A stretch of 64,000 nucleotides of DNA from an uncultured Planctomycetales bacterium (lineage in GTDB: Bacteria > Omnitrophota > Gorgyraeia > Gygaellales > Profunditerraquicolaceae), in the NCBI GenBank assembly GCA_964354795.1, contig CAYHBB010000040.1:76593-140592 (forward strand), given 5' to 3'. Position numbers and translations under genes: made by a program. Shown in pieces: positions 63,001 through 64,000 of the stretch. The notes beneath the pieces are model-generated. The model saw nothing but the letters and a program-made list of their open reading frames with translations. It did not search any database and had not been told where the DNA came from. Position 1 is the stretch's first letter. Each line of letters begins with the position of its first letter.

Positions 63001-64000
63001 GAATTCCTCTCCTGCTGCCAGATGTGTTTCTCCGTATATGGCTACACTTGAGGCAAAGATAATATTTTTCGCCTTATAAGACCTCATTACTTCCAAGAGA
63101 TTAAGCGTAGCCTGTATATTGTGGTAATAATAGTCTAGGGGCCTTAAGAATGATTCGGGTATTACCTTAAGGGATGCCAGATGGAAGACTGTTTCCGGTT
63201 TATATTTGGCAAACACCGCTTCTAGCCTTGCTTGATCAGTAAGGTCCCCCTCCTCAAAGTCCACTCCCTCAGCTACTGCTTTTCTATGGCCGTTTATTAA
63301 ATTATCGTAGACTATGACTTTCCTGCCCTCGGCAAGCAATGCCTTAACCAATATGCTTCCCAGGTAACCCGCGCCTCCGGTGACAAGTACGGTAGAGCTT
63401 TTTGTTTTCACCAGCGCGCCGCGGCTATTGTCTTCGTTAGGAAATTCCAGCTCTCTTAAGCTTGCGCTGTCGGATACATTGTTACGAGCCATCTTACGAT
63501 GCCTGTGGACTAAAGACTGCATAAAGAAATCGGGATTATTTGCCAAGATCTTAAGCAATCTCTCTGTGGGGATCAATAATCTGCCAAGCTGCTCCCAATC
63601 ATCCGCACTGGCAGCAAGCGAGAATCTAAGCGGAACAAGCAACAGGATATCTTCCGCATTGCCTAACCGGCGATACATGGTGCTATCCGCTTTTATGACT
63701 TCAATCGCTTTTCCATTGTTCTGGCTTGCCACAGAAGAAAGGATCTTGTCGGTGATCGGGCTTCTGTAATGGCCCCAGTAAACTACTTTTTCTATTCCCG
63801 ACCTTACCGCAACTGTAGCGCAGACCGGACAGGTCTTCAAAAGTGTAAAGCAGTCGGCACCCTTAAGCTCTTTCTTACGGCCGTTGAATATAGCCTGCGC
63901 AACTGCCCGCTGTTCAGCGCATAAGGTATGTTTGTACGCACCCTTCAAATGGCGGCAGACATTATTTTCAAATTGCGCCGAGGACAATTCCGTGTTCACC
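1..64000 (-). CDS. Internal fragment of a single giant multidomain ORF, open at both window edges, at least 21,300 codons. Predicted membrane-tethered multi-enzyme polyprotein.
   Basis: Sixteen hand-reverse-complemented segments at 3, 8160, 17460, 21600, 33540, 45000, 57480, 57900, 58260, 58560, 59220, 59967, 60960, 61140, 62160 and 63492 are all in the frame whose codon first bases are divisible by 3, and each gives sensible protein motifs. No TTA, CTA or TCA in that register on the + strand lines I checked: 1-300, 30001-30060, 40021-40080, 50041-50100 and 57481-57900. Junctions between modules at 17281-17460 and 21361-21600 read through with no stop. The supplied ORF track lacks this ORF, so the track is filtered or incomplete. 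Confidence 0.72.
1750..2520 (-). other. HAD-superfamily (Cof/IIB-like) phosphatase module.
   Basis: VMIFDIDRTITDTTSV (revcomp of 2485-2520; DxDxT motif I) ...RIALITTQGIDE...LFIGDSFSAGALDADVISALP. Confidence 0.45.
2950..3110 (-). other. LysM (peptidoglycan-binding) module.
   Basis: DTIIVKEGDSLWNIWKN (revcomp of 3030-3060) ...ADPAVIHPGNILTIP. Confidence 0.5.
3900..4290 (-). other. REC receiver module.
   Basis: KKILFVDDQPMILRTF (revcomp of 4200-4230) ...IDLVITDFQMPGGKNGGELAKEVKAKNKNIPVILISGY. Confidence 0.55.
4350..5060 (-). other. CheB-type protein-glutamate methylesterase catalytic module.
   Basis: KVIVIGASRSGYEAIEEIIEGLPQDHPPVIINEHLRP... then DVICVVLSGLRSDGTAGAKEIAGNGGIVLVQH.... Confidence 0.5.
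5090..5290 (-). repeat. Hydrophobic two-helix (TM-hairpin-like) linker repeat, representative copy.
   Basis: Encodes EGQGPSTKLGVSLIALIGLVAVGALITFFIAPHWAAIKLALAGIGTSILATAGPIAALAILPILL. The + strand core is ...cagcccaa(g/t)(a/g)agcgcgatcaggc...ggcc.... Confidence 0.6.
7050..8150 (-). other. Uroporphyrinogen-decarboxylase (URO-D/MtaA-like) superfamily module.
   Basis: ITFDDMRNRAMWMPLISFGG... (revcomp of 8101-8160 confirmed) ...VIFHGCGDSTPFLSNMTGLNVDAYSIDEEVDL... Confidence 0.35.
8190..8300 (-). repeat. Hydrophobic linker repeat copy.
   Basis: SPASGQGMIALLEFVALGALAAFVAPNSLPLILGACMLGAVV. Confidence 0.5.
8550..9150 (-). other. Class I SAM-dependent methyltransferase module, HemK/PrmC-like with an NPPY-type motif.
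   Basis: GQRCLDLGTGSGILGLIMLSRGAGHVTFTDV (revcomp around 8900-8930) ...FNLIVFTPSP. Confidence 0.55.
9450..9860 (-). other. REC-like receiver module.
   Basis: IKILVIEHAEEDLELLVRQLRKIDPAFIIVSAHSAEEAIEIFKSGQGPFDIAITDLHMCTMDGDQLASEIKTIKPDTFVIL. Confidence 0.4.
9890..10040 (-). repeat. Hydrophobic linker repeat copy.
   Basis: RSGQGLIALLGLMAFGALTAFVIAPHWAAVKLAIAGAFMHHGPPIAALGLGLLFIAA. Confidence 0.55.
10650..11250 (-). other. HAD-superfamily hydrolase-like module.
   Basis: LRFVVFDIGNVVVYFDF (revcomp of 11210-11245) ...KVAFLSDTNHMHLAY...MLYFDDRQDFVVNAESCGI. Confidence 0.35.
11690..11780 (-). other. HExxH zinc-metallopeptidase-like motif in a module of unknown family.
   Basis: LADFVHEAYGHMLNEIKYG (revcomp around 11725-11750). 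A second such motif, IHEIIGHMWARA, sits at about 42820-42850. Confidence 0.3.
12700..13400 (-). repeat. Copy B of a duplicated coding module of about 650-700 nt. It is roughly 90% identical at protein level to 15500-16250.
   Basis: Out-of-frame shadow ORFs in the track are near-identical between 12934..13221 and 15733..16020, and between 12563..12826 and 15389..15613. In-frame translation repeats GLTQIEKDRLTGELFERIKVDPDFQWEYKFCDGSNLMIPARCDLTESDFDYRILPFADIFPQEGFIDGHPELSALVEFPP... Confidence 0.6.
13850..13990 (-). other. P-loop NTPase (Walker A) module.
   Basis: RPVVVLIKGKPGSGKTLIRNTLLDWL (revcomp of 13900-13925). Confidence 0.45.
14270..14600 (-). other. TPR-like repeats.
   Basis: LGLKYCEEERYHEAIPFFKDVLVSNPNIAAAHGNLGYIHYFLGNEKTAITHWAKAAILDD. 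Confidence 0.4.
14610..14770 (-). repeat. Hydrophobic linker repeat copy.
   Basis: GNSGQSLIALFGLVAIGALITFFIAPHWAAIKFALAGIGTSVLATITFFVLGG. Near-identical at nucleotide level to 5090-5290. Confidence 0.6.
15370..15500 (-). repeat. Hydrophobic linker repeat copy.
   Basis: SGQSLIGILGLVVLAFILAPILITGPIHASALGLGIFNLGA. Confidence 0.5.
15500..16250 (-). repeat. Copy A of the duplicated coding module, paired with 12700-13400.
   Basis: In-frame translation GLSQTEKDRLLSELFERIKANPDFQWGYKFCDGRNLMVLARCDLTESDFDYRILPFADIFPQKGFIDGHPELSALVEFPP..., nearly identical to the 12.7-13.4 kb module. Confidence 0.6.
16250..16360 (-). repeat. Hydrophobic linker repeat copy.
   Basis: SGFSLPLLLGLVALGALAVAGLMHPAGALGAVMVAA. 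Confidence 0.5.
17280..17400 (-). repeat. Hydrophobic linker repeat copy, hand-verified.
   Basis: Revcomp of 17281-17460 gives ...GDGSIFSDSGQSLIALLGLVALVFILASILIAGLIHAPSALALGI. No stop on either side. Confidence 0.65.
18150..18750 (-). other. Bacterial sugar transferase module, the polyprenyl-phosphate sugar-phosphate transferase catalytic domain of PglC/WbaP/WcaJ type.
   Basis: GPVFYTEERIGYKGRPFRIYKFRTL...LFDELPQVVNIIKGEMSLLGPRPL (revcomp of 18360-18405) is the hallmark motif of this family. Confidence 0.62.
19560..19690 (-). repeat. Hydrophobic linker repeat copy.
   Basis: LITLFVGLLALGVLAAIIGLLSHPATAGPFAALSAVPLLAA. Confidence 0.5.
20700..21350 (-). other. Gfo/Idh/MocA-family NAD(P)-dependent oxidoreductase module.
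   Basis: KVGVILIGAGRYALSAHLRAL (revcomp around 21195-21225) ...LLAVVDF... then IAVIVSTHPVSHKAYVSWALNAGYHVLVDKPLT. Confidence 0.5.
21400..21530 (-). repeat. Hydrophobic linker repeat copy, hand-verified.
   Basis: Revcomp of 21361-21600 gives ...LVSPQPNKKPTSGQGLIALLGLVVLVYILVPVLIAGLIHAPPAAAIVLPLALIGAIIQ. It is in frame with both flanking modules. Confidence 0.65.
25400..25815 (-). other. Response-regulator receiver (REC) module.
   Basis: KRLLLVDDEASILSGLKRLL (revcomp of 25782-25812) ...IITDLEMKFMDGLSFARTMRENGSKSYIVLQSGRG. Confidence 0.5.
26000..26330 (-). other. PAS sensor module.
   Basis: MINENGEIVWVNEAEVKFLGLNSAEDMAGRYVWEFVAPKCQEEV...FEREYQFADGSVRSVWITEQQVLNKKGRVIGIISSLHE is PAS-like. Confidence 0.45.
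26450..27250 (-). other. Glucosamine-6-phosphate deaminase / 6-phosphogluconolactonase (NagB/Pgl/DevB) family module.
   Basis: VNVIFPGGRTVNSY..., ADIIVVGVGSDGHIGLNSQG (revcomp around 26715-26750), ...KKVFLLALGKRKAKILKQALMESGTPVSMLL...TVIVDQGA. Confidence 0.5.
29450..30350 (-). other. Protein-kinase-like (eukaryotic-type Ser/Thr kinase fold) module, possibly degenerate.
   Basis: Catalytic-loop-like QYVHDQGILHRDFGPRNIWI (revcomp around 29895-29930) and a DFS in place of DFG (IIYDFSCAIL). Confidence 0.4.
32100..33650 (-). other. Superfamily-1 (Upf1/DNA2-like) helicase / P-loop NTPase module.
   Basis: Walker A LIQGPPGTGKTTTITDIV (revcomp of 33481-33540). Motif II IVLVGDHMQLPAF at about 33100-33130. 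A later QGQENKVVIVSMVRS...RINVSLSRAK C-terminal helicase motif. Confidence 0.6.
38000..38450 (-). other. Transglutaminase-like (TGc) cysteine-protease-like core module.
   Basis: KKAICATYARLFEVMARVCGLDAGTVPC...EYHHVANIVRLSDGTFALVDVTN (revcomp around 38235-38265). Cys, His and Asp core residues sit at the expected spacing. Confidence 0.5.
38850..39010 (-). other. Sigma-70 region 4 (4.2) helix-turn-helix module.
   Basis: LTAREEIVMRNYLGMSARLSDKELADELCVSEGRIKQLKAKAIRKLSHP (revcomp around 38880-38920) is a canonical sigma-70 region 4.2 pattern. Confidence 0.55.
43350..44500 (-). other. GT9-like (ADP-heptose:LPS heptosyltransferase family) glycosyltransferase module.
   Basis: ILVFADFKTLIISDLEEETITLWPLVTGLMKKFPDA... 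then VVIINLYAADISKRS...GAYLVFTCGWG... then LAQDACFSHLANGVYGIPVTSI (revcomp of 43413-43440). This matches the heptosyltransferase C-terminal motif shape. Confidence 0.4.
44570..44700 (-). repeat. Diverged hydrophobic linker copy.
   Basis: LQIILAVFALGAVIAGLVHPASLLVFGLLGALIQA. Confidence 0.45.
44800..44975 (-). repeat. Short LPSVAG-containing repeat units, about 61 nt each. There are two copies here and one more at 57885-57950.
   Basis: + strand gccacggaaggtagaagat(c/t)gcctttttcaattctttgcaacgg(g/a)gcatgacaagtcttta occurs at 44912-44972 and 57889-57949. In frame it encodes KTCHAPLQRIEKG(D/N)LLPSVAG. An extra LPSVAGG-encoding copy sits at about 44800-44830. Confidence 0.55.
49850..50350 (-). other. 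HD-domain metal-dependent phosphohydrolase-like module.
   Basis: LIALLHDIGEPSKSPHHAEAGAPIV...IFHHVDLG (revcomp around 50105-50130) shows the H...HD...H pattern. Confidence 0.4.
52150..54150 (-). other. Alpha-D-phosphohexomutase (phosphoglucomutase/phosphomannomutase) module.
   Basis: YVTASHAIA at about 53880, MTDPDGDRLV at about 53290 (the DxDGDR Mg site), and FAGEESGGEIFGP at about 52870 (the GEESGG sugar loop). Confidence 0.55.
57340..57480 (-). repeat. Diverged hydrophobic linker copy, hand-verified.
   Basis: Revcomp of 57421-57480 gives WVFMLAVGAMLALSLAEGQA... followed by VFVQPVSLLMLGLLGMAV. Confidence 0.5.
57566..57805 (-). CDS. 79-aa small ORF in an alternative frame, embedded inside the giant ORF. 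It is preceded by TAA TAA and a GGAGGT ribosome-binding site.
   Basis: ATG at 57805 with GGAGGT 7 nt upstream and two stop codons in this frame just before it. Translation is MVNLQELEIIRILPDTKNLFVFVKHPLWWSEFCFLVEPDGTVRGKTADGVWLRASQELKDILMAKVKSILIDKRDLIYQ, which looks protein-like. The giant-ORF frame stays open across it but encodes low-complexity S-rich sequence here. Confidence 0.4.
   Translation of the reverse strand: MVNLQELEIIRILPDTKNLFVFVKHPLWWSEFCFLVEPDGTVRGKTADGVWLRASQELKDILMAKVKSILIDKRDLIYQ
57885..57950 (-). repeat. LPSVAG-containing 61-nt repeat copy, located just after the M50 protease module.
   Basis: See 44800-44975. Revcomp of 57841-57900 gives LPSVAGGEDLSFCNGALLKSLAAAKNNKEV. 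Confidence 0.55.
58000..58720 (-). other. M50 (site-2 protease) family intramembrane zinc metalloprotease module.
   Basis: HEFGHILKARK (revcomp of 58501-58560) and LNLLPVFPTDGGRIL (revcomp of 58201-58260) match the HExxH plus LDG signature of S2P/M50 peptidases. There are hydrophobic helices between them. Confidence 0.6.
58900..59600 (-). other. HIT-superfamily, GalT/Apa2-like (HxHxQ) nucleotidyltransferase or phosphorylase-like module.
   Basis: KLASVFHLHIQANYYD (revcomp of 59161-59220) carries an HxHxQ motif of the galactose-1-phosphate uridylyltransferase branch of the HIT superfamily. It sits directly after the two epimerases and the dehydratase. Confidence 0.35.
59930..60990 (-). other. 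Second NAD-dependent sugar epimerase/dehydratase module, GalE/WbpP-like.
   Basis: VGGAGYVGSFVIRELISRGYRVVVFDNLRKGHQ (revcomp of 60901-60960), ...SPSDPYNRTKVLVEKVLEEY..., and it ends AWEWHNNNPDGF at about 59967. Confidence 0.55.
61080..62160 (-). other. rfbB: dTDP-glucose 4,6-dehydratase (RfbB)-like module.
   Basis: KPTVLVTGAAGFIGS (revcomp of 62101-62160), ISTDEVYG, NPYGVSKAGADLMV, and the C-terminus EVVSWYTQHPEWW (revcomp of 61081-61140). Same frame as the GalE-like module. Confidence 0.62.
62370..63492 (-). other. galE: UDP-glucose 4-epimerase (GalE)-like NAD-dependent epimerase module.
   Basis: Reads VLVTGGAGYLGS...YGETHLAAGEEFSE...SPYARTKYLGEQI... and ends ...LGWKPRHRLQDMVGHFYLWRKTHPQGYAD, which matches a GalE C-terminus. 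The reading frame stays open into the next module. Confidence 0.6.
63495..64000 (-). other. Cytidine/dCMP-deaminase-like zinc-binding module, partial. It continues upstream beyond the window and reads in frame into the GalE-like module.
   Basis: Minus-strand translation gives ...KHTLCAEQRAVAQAIFNGRKKELKGADCFTLLKTCPVCATVAVRSGIEKVVYW..., with CAE and CxxC zinc-ligand motifs. No stop before the MARNNVS start of the epimerase module. Confidence 0.4.

Noticed and set aside
391-63769. The + strand ORFs of 60-310 aa supplied in the six-frame track, for example 48803-49735 (310 aa), 32809-33702 (297 aa) and 41498-42121 (207 aa).
   Set aside because: They lie antisense to, or out of frame with, a continuous minus-strand ORF that has recognisable domains throughout. 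Their translations are low-complexity and rich in R, S, P and L. They have no RBS context or family motifs. They read as shadow ORFs of the giant gene.
1-64000. Reading the region as an operon of 30 or more separate co-directional genes for GalE, RfbB, PGM, PglC and so on.
   Set aside because: All sixteen anchors spread across the window share one frame. The junctions at 17281-17460, 21361-21600, 57481-57900, 62160-62400 and 63480-63500 have no stop and no plausible RBS-plus-start arrangement. The only RBS-like start seen is at 57805, and it is in a different frame.
1-64000. An alternative genetic code, with stop reassignment, as the reason the track shows only fragments.
   Set aside because: No reassignment is needed. 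The minus-strand frame is already open under the standard code. The track appears filtered or incomplete, not mistranslated.

Overview
From my own reading of the reverse complement, this window appears to be an internal piece of one giant minus-strand ORF that is open at both window edges, spanning at least 21,300 codons. Every segment I reverse-complemented by hand falls in one reading frame whose codon first bases sit at coordinates divisible by 3. That frame was checked at positions 3, 8160, 17460, 21600, 33540, 45000, 57480, 57900, 58260, 58560, 59220, 59967, 60960, 61140, 62160 and 63492. I scanned fourteen + strand lines for the triplets TTA, CTA and TCA, which are minus-strand stops in that register, and found none: lines at 1-300, 30001, 40021 and 50041, plus 57481-57900 continuously. 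The rest of the 64 kb was translated on the fly without stop checks, so full continuity is an inference.

The supplied ORF track does not list this ORF. Its + strand entries and short minus entries look like out-of-frame shadow ORFs, with one possible exception at 57566-57805.

The predicted protein is a chain of many recognisable enzyme and regulatory modules. Most are sugar-nucleotide or cell-envelope enzymes, mixed with signalling and protease modules:
- GalE-like epimerase, twice
- RfbB dTDP-glucose 4,6-dehydratase
- HIT/GalT-like HxHxQ module
- M50 site-2 protease
- phosphoglucomutase/phosphomannomutase
- HD phosphohydrolase
- GT9-like heptosyltransferase
- sigma-70 region 4 HTH
- transglutaminase-like core
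- SF1 helicase
- protein-kinase-like module
- NagB/Pgl-like module
- PAS
- three REC receiver domains
- Gfo/Idh/MocA oxidoreductase
- PglC/WbaP-type sugar-phosphate transferase
- P-loop
- TPR
- HExxH motifs
- HAD phosphatases, twice
- class I SAM methyltransferase
- URO-D-like module
- CheB methylesterase
- LysM

The modules are separated by about 27 copies of a recurring hydrophobic two-helix linker with consensus SGQ(S/G)LIALLGLVALGAL..IAPHWAAIKLALAGIGTS / ..GLIHAP... These linkers are conserved at nucleotide level in the 5-21.5 kb region. The architecture resembles a membrane-tethered enzyme chain, comparable in scale to the giant genes reported in Omnitrophota, but that link is not established here.

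Most module coordinates below are approximate, good to about 100-200 nt. They are anchored on hand-reverse-complemented motif sites and were not derived from a full computed translation.
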